IMG/VR virus record: IMGVR_UViG_3300023179_000009
Span: 186,001-250,000 of that record
Length of the DNA stretch: 64,000 nt
Reading direction: 5' to 3' (one strand)
Shown here piece after piece: positions 19,576 through 29,093 of this stretch (positions within the stretch are counted from its first letter, which is position 1; each line of letters begins with the position of its first letter). A program made the translations under genes and the position numbers. A model generated the notes under the pieces. That model worked only from the letters and a program-made list of their open reading frames with translations. It did no database searches and was not told where the DNA came from.

Positions 19576-20336
19576 AAATCATAGCCGAAATTATAGGTGG
19601 TAGTCACCTTTATGGTCTCGACACTCCTTCTTCGGATGTGGATAAACGTGGTGTTTTTTTAAATACGGAATTTGACAAAATTTTGGGGTTGAATCGATTT
19701 GATGTTTTGAAGCAATCCTCCGAAGATTCACTTTATTTTGAACTTGTTCATTATCTGAGAGGCTTAAAAAAAACAAACACGCAAATGCTTGAAATTTTGT
19801 TTGCTGATGAAGATGATTTTATTCTCATCACAGATGAGTTCAAAGAAATTCGCAGTCACAAGTACAATTTAATAAATAGCGAAAGTTTCTATAAAAGTTT
19901 ATTGGGATATATTGAAAACGAAAAAAGATTAGCAAACGGAGAAAGAACAGGCAGCTTGGGAAGCAAAAGAAAAAACACAATAGAATCTTTTGGTTTTAGC
20001 CCTAAAAACTTTTCTCATTTATTTAGACTTTCTTTTTGTGGTCAAACTTTTTTTGAAACAGGTGTTTATCCGGTTAATATAAGTAAAATCGACAAACAAT
20101 TTCGTGATCTTATTTTTTCCATCAAAACAGAACCCGAGAAATATAATAAAGATTATTTGAACATGATGTGCGACAAATCACTTCAAAAATTGTCTATTTC
20201 TTTTAAAAATAGGAAAGAAAATTTTGAATTCGATGTTGATTTAGCTAATGAATTTTGTAGAAAATTTTATCTTCCTTTTTTGGGAAAAAACACCAATCTG
20301 GCTATTGACAAAAAAAATAAAATAATTAATATATAG
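19572..20336 (+). CDS. Pol-beta-superfamily nucleotidyltransferase (RlaP-like)
   Basis: GGSHLYGLDTPSSDVDKRGVF (hG[GS]x9-13DxD); K..SHL.RL. Confidence 0.85.
   Translation: MKIIAEIIGGSHLYGLDTPSSDVDKRGVFLNTEFDKILGLNRFDVLKQSSEDSLYFELVHYLRGLKKTNTQMLEILFADEDDFILITDEFKEIRSHKYNLINSESFYKSLLGYIENEKRLANGERTGSLGSKRKNTIESFGFSPKNFSHLFRLSFCGQTFFETGVYPVNISKIDKQFRDLIFSIKTEPEKYNKDYLNMMCDKSLQKLSISFKNRKENFEFDVDLANEFCRKFYLPFLGKNTNLAIDKKNKIINI
20305..20332 (+). promoter_or_regulatory. sigma70-like promoter for candidate sRNA
   Basis: TTGACA-16 nt-TAATAT. Confidence 0.55.
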
Positions 20337-20339
20337 ATT

Positions 20340-20492
20340 TATTGCCAGTAAGGGTTAGTTGTTGTGTCGCCCCTTGCTGGTTGTTAGATGTTGTCAACTT
20401 ACCGGCAAAGTTGACCGCTGTTTAGCCGGTTAACAGCGTTACGTCCCCCACCGGGTGGAGAACCTCGTCCCTTCTCCCCGGTGGGGTTTTTT
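20340..20492 (+). ncRNA. candidate four-hairpin small RNA ending in an intrinsic terminator
   Basis: Hairpins 20344-20381, 20393-20415, 20416-20438, 20446-20486 followed by T6; GC-rich island in AT-rich DNA. Confidence 0.6.
20446..20492 (+). terminator. Rho-independent terminator
   Basis: CCCCACCGG...CCGGTGGGG + TTTTTT. Confidence 0.75.
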
Positions 20493-20506
20493 GTTATAAT
20501 ATTTCT

Positions 20507-21448
20507 ATGAGTTGGCAAAAAAAAATAAAATTATTGCGATCTGGCGATTATGAAAGTGGTTGGCCAGAACATAATGATATTGTAGTAGGAACTGGGAATA
20601 ATATTTTTTCTTTGAGTCCGAATTACAACAAACCTGTTTGGAATGGGCAAAAAGAAAATATTACATTATTGATTGATGCTCTTTTTGGCGATGGCGACAC
20701 CATACAGTTTCTTAGATTTGTTGAAAATGCTAAAAAATTAGTTAAAAAAGTAATTTTGCGTTGTAATGAAGAATTTAAAATTTTGTTTCAAGATTTAGAG
20801 GTAGTTGATAAGCAAAAGCAACCTCCTGATTTCGATAAAGTTATTCACATGATGGCTTTACCTAAAGTTTTAAATATTAAAAAAAATGAAATAAAAGGTA
20901 TGCCATATTTGCTTCCAAACTCTTCCGTTACTTTAAACCCGGCAATTCAAGTTTTACCTTTGTTAAAATTTCCAAAAGTAGGAGTCTGCTGGTCCGGTAA
21001 TCCATTTAATGCTCTTGATTATAAAAGATCAATACCAGTTAACTTGCTAGACATTTTGAATATTCATGAAAATTTTAAATTTTTTAGTTTATGTAGAATT
21101 TTTGATCCTCCAAAAAATTGTTTCGATTATCGAAATGCAATGACAGACTGGAACCAAACAGCACACCTAGTTAAAAGTATGGATTTGGTAATCACTGTGG
21201 ACACATCGATAGCTCATCTAGCGGGGTCTATGGGTGTGAAGACTTGGCTTTTGTCGGACCCTGAAGTTGGCGAATGGAGGTGGGGAGATGATCAAAAAAC
21301 AATTTGGTACGATAGTTTACAAATACTTAGAAAGAAAGACGACTGGCAAACTTTACTCTTGGAGGTGAGCGAAGATATAAAAATATTTTTAGAAGATTAT
21401 CAAAAAAATAAAAAAAGAATGCGTTTGCAAACCATCAGCCGTTCTTGA
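20507..21448 (+). CDS. GT9-like (GT-B) glycosyltransferase, TPR-less form
   Basis: GDGDTIQFLRF, VGVCWSGNP, DLVITVDTSIAHLAGSMG, WRW, WYDS. Confidence 0.85.
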   Translation: MSWQKKIKLLRSGDYESGWPEHNDIVVGTGNNIFSLSPNYNKPVWNGQKENITLLIDALFGDGDTIQFLRFVENAKKLVKKVILRCNEEFKILFQDLEVVDKQKQPPDFDKVIHMMALPKVLNIKKNEIKGMPYLLPNSSVTLNPAIQVLPLLKFPKVGVCWSGNPFNALDYKRSIPVNLLDILNIHENFKFFSLCRIFDPPKNCFDYRNAMTDWNQTAHLVKSMDLVITVDTSIAHLAGSMGVKTWLLSDPEVGEWRWGDDQKTIWYDSLQILRKKDDWQTLLLEVSEDIKIFLEDYQKNKKRMRLQTISRS

Positions 21449-21457
21449 GTCTTTTAT

Positions 21458-21805
21458 TTAGTTTTTTTTCAAAACTTTGTTTTTGATTTCTGCTTCTTCA
21501 ACTCTTGAACTCTTTAGTAGCCATTCTAGAAGATTGTTTTTTTCTCTTCTTGTAAAGAGCGTTATTTCATATTGATTATTTGTTTTATCAACCTGACGTA
21601 TTTCTTTGAGTCGGCAATCTACAGGTACGATCTGCTTTAAAGCAAAAAAGGGATCCTCATTATCTTTTAGACTCACCACAACTTTGATTTCTTGTTGAGC
21701 AAATTCGTTATATCCTATTGTTCCCAGCGTAACTAATAAAGCGAGACACGCAATTCCCGCCAGTATTTTGTCCAACACAATATTTAACTTTATTTTATTT
21801 ATCAT
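21458..21805 (-). CDS. hypothetical membrane-anchored protein
   Basis: N-terminal TM; AAGGT SD. Confidence 0.65.
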   Translation of the reverse strand: MINKIKLNIVLDKILAGIACLALLVTLGTIGYNEFAQQEIKVVVSLKDNEDPFFALKQIVPVDCRLKEIRQVDKTNNQYEITLFTRREKNNLLEWLLKSSRVEEAEIKNKVLKKN

Positions 21806-21848
21806 AATCTACCTTTTAATTATTTATCACTAATTTCATAAATATTGT

Positions 21849-22307
21849 ATGTCTTCCTTCAAAGAATTTAATAATTTTATTGACCTCATAATAAATGAGT
21901 TTGATAACAATCAAACTCAGTCAAATCAATTATCACCGCAGCAGCAAAATATTGAAGTTGAAGAAAAACCCTGGTCTGCTAAAAAAGCAGAGATTCTTAG
22001 GTTTTGGAAAGCACTCAAACCTGATATGCCCATAGTTATCCACCCCATGACAGAAAAACCCGAAGGTGTCGAACGATCAAGTTATGGAGAAGACGGAATA
22101 AGAATCTCAGGATCCTATGAGTTTATAATTTCTGTACTTGGGAAATTAAAACAAATTTTGACTTATGAAAATCCAAACACAAGACTAAGACTCATCTTTA
22201 GATCTGTTGACCGCAGCAAATTATTGGTGCCCAATAAAAGGTCATATGTATTTTATATTAATTTAGAAAATAGATCCAAGAAAAGAAAAAGAAAAAATAT
22301 AATCTAA
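21849..22307 (+). CDS. hypothetical protein, probable virion/internal protein
   Basis: MSSFKEF...INE N-terminus; CATAAATA just upstream. Confidence 0.65.
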   Translation: MSSFKEFNNFIDLIINEFDNNQTQSNQLSPQQQNIEVEEKPWSAKKAEILRFWKALKPDMPIVIHPMTEKPEGVERSSYGEDGIRISGSYEFIISVLGKLKQILTYENPNTRLRLIFRSVDRSKLLVPNKRSYVFYINLENRSKKRKRKNII

Positions 22308-22322
22308 AAACTAATATATTCT

Positions 22323-22526
22323 ATGCTTATACAAGATATTAAAAAATTAAGTGATGATTTGGTTGATTTTGAAAAAGATATCAACAACATCTCTGTGAAT
22401 GTTGTTGTTAAAGATGGACAAAAGCCCTCAGATCTTTTGCAGAAAATAAAAAAAATGGGCTACGCAGCTTTCCTTAGAGCAGATGCTTTTGGTATCGAAG
22501 TCGTTATTACTGATTCTTTGAATTAA
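22323..22526 (+). CDS. hypothetical protein
   Basis: Leaderless ORF after ACTAATATA. Confidence 0.55.
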   Translation: MLIQDIKKLSDDLVDFEKDINNISVNVVVKDGQKPSDLLQKIKKMGYAAFLRADAFGIEVVITDSLN

Positions 22527-22609
22527 TTTTTAAATCGATACACGATTGAATAATCTCTGCGATTATTTATCATAAATATATCGTATAAAAAGAGAATCAT
22601 ATACAAGAT

Positions 22610-23359
22610 TTATCTTTGCGTAAAATTTTCATAATCTCCCCAGGATGGGGATTTCATGGATGGTTTTGCATGATGCAAAAGAGGCAAGGATGCCTCAATT
22701 TTTTTTGCAATAACTAAAATATAACTTCTATTTGCTTTTAATTGATAATTTTTATTTTCTTTTTTTATATTAATTTTTTCGAGATAATCTTCAATGTATT
22801 TTGTGTTAGAAAATTTTTGTTTATAATTTTCTTCCTTTATTTCTACCTCAAATTTTGAAAAATATTTAAATATTTCTTGTTTAGAAAAAAATATTTTTTC
22901 TCTAGTTTTTAAATTTAATAAATTATTTAAATCATTTTTTTCTTGAATTCTTAATATTGCTGATCCGTTTGGGCTTAGTCTATTGGTGAAAATATCAGCC
23001 ATACAATTTAAATCAACATAATCTTTCCTGATAGCGCAATCGCTCACTATCACATCAAATGATTTATTTATCTCGCCCCACAGATTTGGATCACCAAAAT
23101 CCCCACACACAAAATCAATCGAAGCATTCGACTCAGAAGCTTTTTCAATTAAACTCTTACATAAATCTATTCCATAAACTTTTTTAAATAACGGTTCAAT
23201 GTATTTTGTTAACCTACCACCAGCACAACCTAAATCAATCGCAATTGATTTTTTGTTTTGGTGTTTTTTGATTGCTTCTTGAAGAATTTTTGGAACTTTA
23301 GTTTTTTTTAACCAATATTGCTCGTCAAGATTTAAGCCATTGGTGGTCGATTTTTCCAT
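22610..23359 (-). CDS. class I SAM-dependent methyltransferase
   Basis: IDLGCAGG, YGIDL, FDVIV. Confidence 0.85.
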   Translation of the reverse strand: MEKSTTNGLNLDEQYWLKKTKVPKILQEAIKKHQNKKSIAIDLGCAGGRLTKYIEPLFKKVYGIDLCKSLIEKASESNASIDFVCGDFGDPNLWGEINKSFDVIVSDCAIRKDYVDLNCMADIFTNRLSPNGSAILRIQEKNDLNNLLNLKTREKIFFSKQEIFKYFSKFEVEIKEENYKQKFSNTKYIEDYLEKINIKKENKNYQLKANRSYILVIAKKIEASLPLLHHAKPSMKSPSWGDYENFTQR

Positions 23360-25494
23360 TTGAAAAAACTATCCGAGTAATGATCGGCTATACGTTTGGC
23401 AATTTCTTTGCCAACCTCCGGTCCCGGTTTTGATAATCCTAATTCTTTTTGTATTTCTTCGCCATTATATTTTGGCATTTCATATTGTCCCAAATGATGC
23501 AGGTGGTCCTTATCGACATCATCGTGTGTTATATGACGAGAACGTGACAATAAATCAATTCTATTTGGCTTTTTAGATATTTCTTGGGCAACCCTACTCA
23601 TCGATTCAGGCGAGGGTTTTTTTGCTGCTTCCCAAGATTTTAAAATAAACGCCACGCCGTCACTCACCTCGTTTGGCCATTCTAGTTTATTTAATTCTGA
23701 GCGAATTTTATCTGGAGATCCGTTTTTTCTCAACAACAAAGCAAGAACTAGAACGGCATGATTGAATCCATTCGTTTTCGTTTGGTGAATTTCTTCGTGA
23801 TTCAAACGATCAACCGATTCCATGTCTAGTTCCATTCCTGGGAACACAGTTGACAGCAGACCCAAAGATTCATAATTTTTTAAATATGAAACCGTATCAG
23901 CAGATTTTTTGAGTCCACTCCAAAATTCTGCTTGTATACGTGGGCCTGTAACGCCATGATTTCTCATGTCTTTATATTGATCTATAGCATCCAGTGTTGA
24001 TTGATCTAAAACGCCCCTTATGTCATCATTGTTATAATAAGAGTGGAAACGAGGAATTCTGGCAATTCTAAGTTTGTCTTCTCCTATCCTTTCAAAAGGA
24101 TCGCCAATCATTCTAACTCGCCAATTTTTGATATCTTCAAATCCTTGACCGCCGCTTGGATCAACAAAAACACCTTCTTCATTGGGCGATGCTGGAATTT
24201 GATAATAAATAGCATTCATGGTTAGATCACGACGCTTGTAATCTGTGTGCATATCTGCCCACCGAACTTTATCAGGGCGACGACCATCGCTATACCCCAA
24301 GTCTTCACGAAAAGTTGCTATCTCGTAATCTTCCCCATTTATGTTTGCAACCATCACTCCAAAAGATTTACCTTTATCAAAATTTTTAATTCCGGCTCGG
24401 TTTAACATATCCTCTACTTGATCCGGAGTCGCATCTGTTGTTAGATCTATGTCTTTTGTTTTGTTTGTATCAAAAGGTTCATCGGGTTTTGTAAAATAGT
24501 GTCTTAAAAAGTCTCTTGGGGCTCCGCCGATTACGTATATCTGGTGTCCGTTTTCTTTAAAAACTTTTGCCAAAGTAAAAACATCTTTTTCCAAAGGTAG
24601 TCTTGCCCTTATTTCGTGTTCTGTTGCTTCTATGAATGTTTTAAATCTTATTCTCGATTCTCCCAGTAGATTTTTAATATCTTCATCATTTAAATTTGGA
24701 AATCTGCCTTTTAAAGCTGATTTGATTATTTCATTAGATTTGCCTTTTTCACGCATGTTTGCAACAAAGCCAACAGGGTCATTAGACATAGGCTTGCTTG
24801 CACGAGCAGATATTTTATCAAGATCTTTTTTATACAAGTGTGCGGTGGTGTCTATACCGCCTAGTCCTTTCTCCGCTGCTGGTGTGTTGCTTTGGGCAAA
24901 TTGTTTTGCTTTTTGCCAAGGTATTCTGCTTTCCCCACCACGGCCCATTCGATCCATCAATAAAAACACCAATAACAATTTAATTTTACGATCTGATTTG
25001 TATTTCCCTTGATCATCTAATAATTCTTTTTTAAGCGATTTGTTTTGAAAACCTTGTTCATCCTTGAGGCTCATGTGGTATTTTATAACCCACCATAAAT
25101 CTTCTTTATCAATCGAGTTGGCTTTGCTGTACATGTTATGCCACGCTGGTCCTAGTCTTTGCATGGCTTTTTCAAAGTTCGCTGGATCTTCATGACCGTG
25201 GGCACTTAACGTTTTCGGATCTAGTGTGTCGCCCTTACCTATATCGTGCAGCAAACCAGCAAGACGCAATATATTCACATCTTCTGAGGTAAAACTTAAA
25301 TCGAGATTAGACAATGGACCATTTGGGTCGTCTTTTTGTTTTTCTTGTAAAATTTTTATAGCTGGCTCCAATGCCGAACGCACCATCATTGTGTGGCGAT
25401 CCACAGACCCTTCGGGGTGGTGCTTAGGATTTTGTGGTACTTTTAATTGTTGTCTCAGCGAGGATTCAACAAGCCATTCATTAAAACTTTTCAT
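23332..25494 (-). CDS. cca: N-terminal HD domain fused to class II tRNA nucleotidyltransferase (CCA-adding/poly(A) polymerase family)
   Basis: HD: HHPEGSVDRHT, LLHDIGK, HM, D. NTase: IGGAPRD, DIDL, EIATFRED, DGRRP, RRDLTMNA, EDKLRIAR. Confidence 0.88.
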   Translation of the reverse strand: MKSFNEWLVESSLRQQLKVPQNPKHHPEGSVDRHTMMVRSALEPAIKILQEKQKDDPNGPLSNLDLSFTSEDVNILRLAGLLHDIGKGDTLDPKTLSAHGHEDPANFEKAMQRLGPAWHNMYSKANSIDKEDLWWVIKYHMSLKDEQGFQNKSLKKELLDDQGKYKSDRKIKLLLVFLLMDRMGRGGESRIPWQKAKQFAQSNTPAAEKGLGGIDTTAHLYKKDLDKISARASKPMSNDPVGFVANMREKGKSNEIIKSALKGRFPNLNDEDIKNLLGESRIRFKTFIEATEHEIRARLPLEKDVFTLAKVFKENGHQIYVIGGAPRDFLRHYFTKPDEPFDTNKTKDIDLTTDATPDQVEDMLNRAGIKNFDKGKSFGVMVANINGEDYEIATFREDLGYSDGRRPDKVRWADMHTDYKRRDLTMNAIYYQIPASPNEEGVFVDPSGGQGFEDIKNWRVRMIGDPFERIGEDKLRIARIPRFHSYYNNDDIRGVLDQSTLDAIDQYKDMRNHGVTGPRIQAEFWSGLKKSADTVSYLKNYESLGLLSTVFPGMELDMESVDRLNHEEIHQTKTNGFNHAVLVLALLLRKNGSPDKIRSELNKLEWPNEVSDGVAFILKSWEAAKKPSPESMSRVAQEISKKPNRIDLLSRSRHITHDDVDKDHLHHLGQYEMPKYNGEEIQKELGLSKPGPEVGKEIAKRIADHYSDSFFKWKNRPPMA

Positions 25495-25571
25495 ATTAAT
25501 ATTTAGTTTTTAGTTTTAAAATTAACCCTACTAATATTCATACATATTTTTGATTTTAAATTGGAGAACTT

Positions 25572-25856
25572 ATGGCTATAAAAGTAAAAAATGATAATTT
25601 GGTCTCTACTTATGACCTTAGATTACCCCATCCTGATATTGTTGACATGATGAATGATCCTCATGTTTTGATCGAAGGCGGCAATGTCGCTAATAACCAA
25701 GTTTTTGAAATAATTGTTCGAAAGTCCAACGGCACAGAGGTTTCTTTTAATAAAACCGTAGACCCGACAGACACTTTGATAATAAGGTATAAAAAGGTTA
25801 TAATTACTGAGGTTGCCAACAATTTGGGCGATGTTGATGTTTTGCCTGTTACTTGA
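25572..25856 (+). CDS. hypothetical protein
   Basis: GGAG SD. Confidence 0.65.
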   Translation: MAIKVKNDNLVSTYDLRLPHPDIVDMMNDPHVLIEGGNVANNQVFEIIVRKSNGTEVSFNKTVDPTDTLIIRYKKVIITEVANNLGDVDVLPVT

Positions 25857-25859
25857 GAT

Positions 25860-26042
25860 ATGTTATTTTTAGTATTTTCGGTAGTTTTATTTTTGTATTT
25901 TGTTGAGTGTTATACTTTTTTAACACAACAACATAATTCTCACAATGTTTTAAATAATATTAATCATTATATTTCAAGTGATTATTTAGTAAAAATTAAA
26001 GGATCAAATAAAAACATAAATTGGGGAAAAGAAGGCTTTTAA
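25860..26042 (+). CDS. small membrane protein ending W-x-x-EGF
   Basis: N-terminal TM; C-terminus NWGKEGF. Confidence 0.55.
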   Translation: MLFLVFSVVLFLYFVECYTFLTQQHNSHNVLNNINHYISSDYLVKIKGSNKNINWGKEGF

Positions 26043-26668
26043 TGACTTTAACATTACAACAAAGAAAATGTCTAGTGCTGAATAAAAATTGGAGACCTGT
26101 TTCCGCAATCGGATTAGACGATGCTATTTGCAAAGTCTTTAGCACATATGCTGACGGCACCCCCAAAGCCACAATAATAGAACCTGAAACTTATCAAACT
26201 TTCACCTGGGCAGATTGGAGTCGATTAGAGCCCAATGAAAATGAAGACAGAATTTACGCTAGTTCATATAGTTTCAAAATTCCTGAAATTATATTGTTAA
26301 GCCGATATGAAAAATTACCCAAGCCAAAACTTAATTTTTCTAGAAGAAATTTATACAAAAGAGATTCAAGCCAATGCCAATACTGCGGTTGTAAACCGGG
26401 AACAGAGGAGTTAACTATAGAACACGTTGTTCCTAGATCTCATGGTGGCGAAACAACTTGGGAAAATTGTGTTTTAGCCTGTGTTTCTTGTAATAGAAAA
26501 AAAGCCGATAGAACACCGGATCAAGCCGGTATGAAACTTTTAAAGCAACCAAAAAAGCCAGAAGGACACTCATTTAGATTTAGTGACTGCAAGCCTGTAA
26601 AATCTTGGCAAGCCTTCCTAGGTCAGGCTTATTGGCTTGTTGAATTAGAAAACAAAAACATTGATTAG
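26042..26668 (+). CDS. HNH endonuclease (McrA-like)
   Basis: LVLNKNWRP, RD..CQYC, TIEHVVPRSHGG, WENCVLACVSCN. Confidence 0.9.
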   Translation: MTLTLQQRKCLVLNKNWRPVSAIGLDDAICKVFSTYADGTPKATIIEPETYQTFTWADWSRLEPNENEDRIYASSYSFKIPEIILLSRYEKLPKPKLNFSRRNLYKRDSSQCQYCGCKPGTEELTIEHVVPRSHGGETTWENCVLACVSCNRKKADRTPDQAGMKLLKQPKKPEGHSFRFSDCKPVKSWQAFLGQAYWLVELENKNID

Positions 26669-26677
26669 GAGAAAAGT

Positions 26678-26824
26678 ATGAGTGCTTGGCTTATTCTTGT
26701 AACTGGTTTGATATATGCGTATGTTGCTTTAGAGCAGTTATACAAAGGGAATACAGGTATGTTTATAGCATATAGTGGGTACAGTTTTTCAAATATCGGT
26801 TTGTATATGCTAGCTTCTAAGTGA
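26678..26824 (+). CDS. small membrane protein (48 aa, not in ORF track)
   Basis: AGGAG SD; MSAWLILVTGLIYAYVALEQ...SNIGLYMLASK*. Confidence 0.7.
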   Translation: MSAWLILVTGLIYAYVALEQLYKGNTGMFIAYSGYSFSNIGLYMLASK

Positions 26825-26825
26825 A

Positions 26826-28661
26826 TTATTTGTTGTCCCAGTAGTCCAACAATCCCAAAACATCTTCCCAATCAACTGACTCTTTTGGGTAATCTCCGGG
26901 ATTGCCGAACAAAGGACGATCTTCTTCTCGTCTTTTTTGTGCTGCTTTGAGTCTGGCCATTTGGGTACTCAACTTGCTTCCGTACATGCTTCCAGTGGGC
27001 GTTCCATCATCGCTTCTGTCTACCTCAGCTAACTCATCTTTGGTCTTAACGTAGATTTTTGTTTTTGGATCTGTGATGTCTGCACCTTTTTCAACTTTAA
27101 AAAAGTTGAATGGTCTTTGATAGGCTTGAACCATCTCTGGTCCATCTTCTTTGCCAATGCCAGAAGACCTGCTTCTGTTGGGGTCTCCCAACTCAAAACT
27201 GCTTCTTTTTCTTGTTGGGTTTCTCATTGGTTGCCTTCCGAAAGGTCTGGCACCCATTGGTTGTTCATCTGCTTTTTTGCGTGTTCTTGAAACTTTGATC
27301 ATGTACGAAACCGCCGCCAAATCAACTTCATCTACTAGTTTTCCTTCAAGGCCACCCTTTAGTCCACCGTCCACTAAACTTGTTAGTTTCTCTGCTAGTG
27401 CTTCGATTGTTCCTTTAAATCCTTGGACTCTTTCTAATTGTTTTTCAAACTTCAAGGCACGAACAATCACAGGAATCATGTCAGGGTTAGATTCTGAAGG
27501 AGCAGCAAGAGCCTGTCTGTAAGTAATGTTATATTCTGGCTCTTCGCCGTCTCTTGATATTCTCAATAAGTTAAGAACATATCTGAAAACTTTTTGAAAG
27601 TCCACAGCAGCCATAACAAGCTCTTGAACTTTGCTTGTTCTTTCTTTTGCCGCTTCGCCTCTTGATCCTTCTAAAGATACTTCAAACTCTCCAGTTTTGA
27701 TTGCTTCTTTCGGACCTTCCGCACTATTATATGTTTGCAAATCTACTTCTTTGTTGTTGACAAAGTATAATGTTTTAACTGGCGGCATGACATAAGGCAT
27801 ATCTAACTCTTCTATGGCAAGACGAGTATAAAAACTGTATGCCGTACCTCTTAAAGCGCCATTATAAAATTCTAAATTCTCCGCTATTCTGCGGAATTCA
27901 TTTTGAGAAAGTGGTTTGCTTCTAGATTTGGCAATTGCCACGTTAGGATCTGGGCCTTTTGGCGTGTTTTGTGCGATTGCGTCTTTATCTAATTCGATTG
28001 GATTGGCACTATCATTTCCTTGTTCTTCTTCGCTTTCGGCTGGAAGTGCATCCTTTATTGCTTCTTCTACGCTTGAATAAACACTTCTTGGATCGGTTTT
28101 TCTTGCTTTGTCATTTAAGTAAGAGAACAGGTCTGTTTCCACACCTTTGTCTTTGTCGTTTGTTTCCTCTCCTGTATTCGGATCCACCAACACTTTCTCT
28201 GCTTGCAAGATGATGGCGATCTTTTTCACACTTTTTGTTTTTTTTCTTGCATTTAAAACTAAATTTGTAAAGCGTTCCCAGGCTTGCTGATATTTCTTTA
28301 AGTTCTCTGTGCGTTGAAGTTCCGCTATAGCTGCTGCTTTTTTCTCTTGTTGCTTTGCTAGTTCTTTTTCGCTGCGTTGATCAACTTGTGATTGAACCAA
28401 AGGATCCACCTCTCTTGAGGGCTTCGATGGTTCTTTCATTTTTTCTAGTTCTTCTGGTGTATAGTCCATCCATTTGCCGTTTACAACCCTGCCTGAATTA
28501 TGACTTCGAATTGTGCCAGCTTCAGGATGAGGATTTTCTTTTGAATATTGGGGCTTTGGCTCGATGGCAGGTTCAACTGTAGCGTTTGGTTCTACTGCTG
28601 GTTCTTTAACAGTTGATTTTTTGGCTTCCAACAATCCCAACATTTCAAAAAAAGATAACAT
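26826..28661 (-). CDS. large hypothetical protein, probable internal virion protein
   Basis: GAGGAG SD; MLSFFEMLGLLEA N-terminus; charged and Cys-free. Confidence 0.7.
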   Translation of the reverse strand: MLSFFEMLGLLEAKKSTVKEPAVEPNATVEPAIEPKPQYSKENPHPEAGTIRSHNSGRVVNGKWMDYTPEELEKMKEPSKPSREVDPLVQSQVDQRSEKELAKQQEKKAAAIAELQRTENLKKYQQAWERFTNLVLNARKKTKSVKKIAIILQAEKVLVDPNTGEETNDKDKGVETDLFSYLNDKARKTDPRSVYSSVEEAIKDALPAESEEEQGNDSANPIELDKDAIAQNTPKGPDPNVAIAKSRSKPLSQNEFRRIAENLEFYNGALRGTAYSFYTRLAIEELDMPYVMPPVKTLYFVNNKEVDLQTYNSAEGPKEAIKTGEFEVSLEGSRGEAAKERTSKVQELVMAAVDFQKVFRYVLNLLRISRDGEEPEYNITYRQALAAPSESNPDMIPVIVRALKFEKQLERVQGFKGTIEALAEKLTSLVDGGLKGGLEGKLVDEVDLAAVSYMIKVSRTRKKADEQPMGARPFGRQPMRNPTRKRSSFELGDPNRSRSSGIGKEDGPEMVQAYQRPFNFFKVEKGADITDPKTKIYVKTKDELAEVDRSDDGTPTGSMYGSKLSTQMARLKAAQKRREEDRPLFGNPGDYPKESVDWEDVLGLLDYWDNK

Positions 28662-28709
28662 TTCTCATCTCCTCAAATATTTTAATATTTCACATTATAT
28701 ATAATCCAA

Positions 28710-29093
28710 ATGAAAAGTTTTAATGAATATAAATCGGGAAATAGCATTGGTTCTTTTTTTGGAAAATCATTCGCTGTAAGGCAAAATGCTCATATTTTGC
28801 ATTTATCTTCCAAAAGTTATGCAGAACACAAGGCTTTAGGTTCATTTTACGAGCAACTAACAGACCTTACAGACCAGTTGATTGAAACCTATCAAGGTCA
28901 ATATGGCTTGGTTGAAGTTGATGTAGCTGTTTCAAAAGAAAAAAATGCAGTTTCTCTTTTGAACGATTTTGCCGAGGATACCATGAATTCTCGTGATTTG
29001 TTTGATAAAAAAGATACTCATTTACACAACATTTTAGATGAAATATTGAGTTTAACTTATCAAACTCTTTATAAATTAAAATTTCTCAAATAA
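28710..29093 (+). CDS. ferritin/Dps-like four-helix protein (DUF5856-like)
   Basis: H..HL...SYAEHKALG.FY...D..IETYQG; YKLKFLK; MKSFNEY start. Confidence 0.75.
   Translation: MKSFNEYKSGNSIGSFFGKSFAVRQNAHILHLSSKSYAEHKALGSFYEQLTDLTDQLIETYQGQYGLVEVDVAVSKEKNAVSLLNDFAEDTMNSRDLFDKKDTHLHNILDEILSLTYQTLYKLKFLK

Noticed and set aside
20340-20492. CsrB/RsmZ-like CsrA sponge
   Set aside because: Hairpin loops carry CCGG, not repeated GGA motifs.
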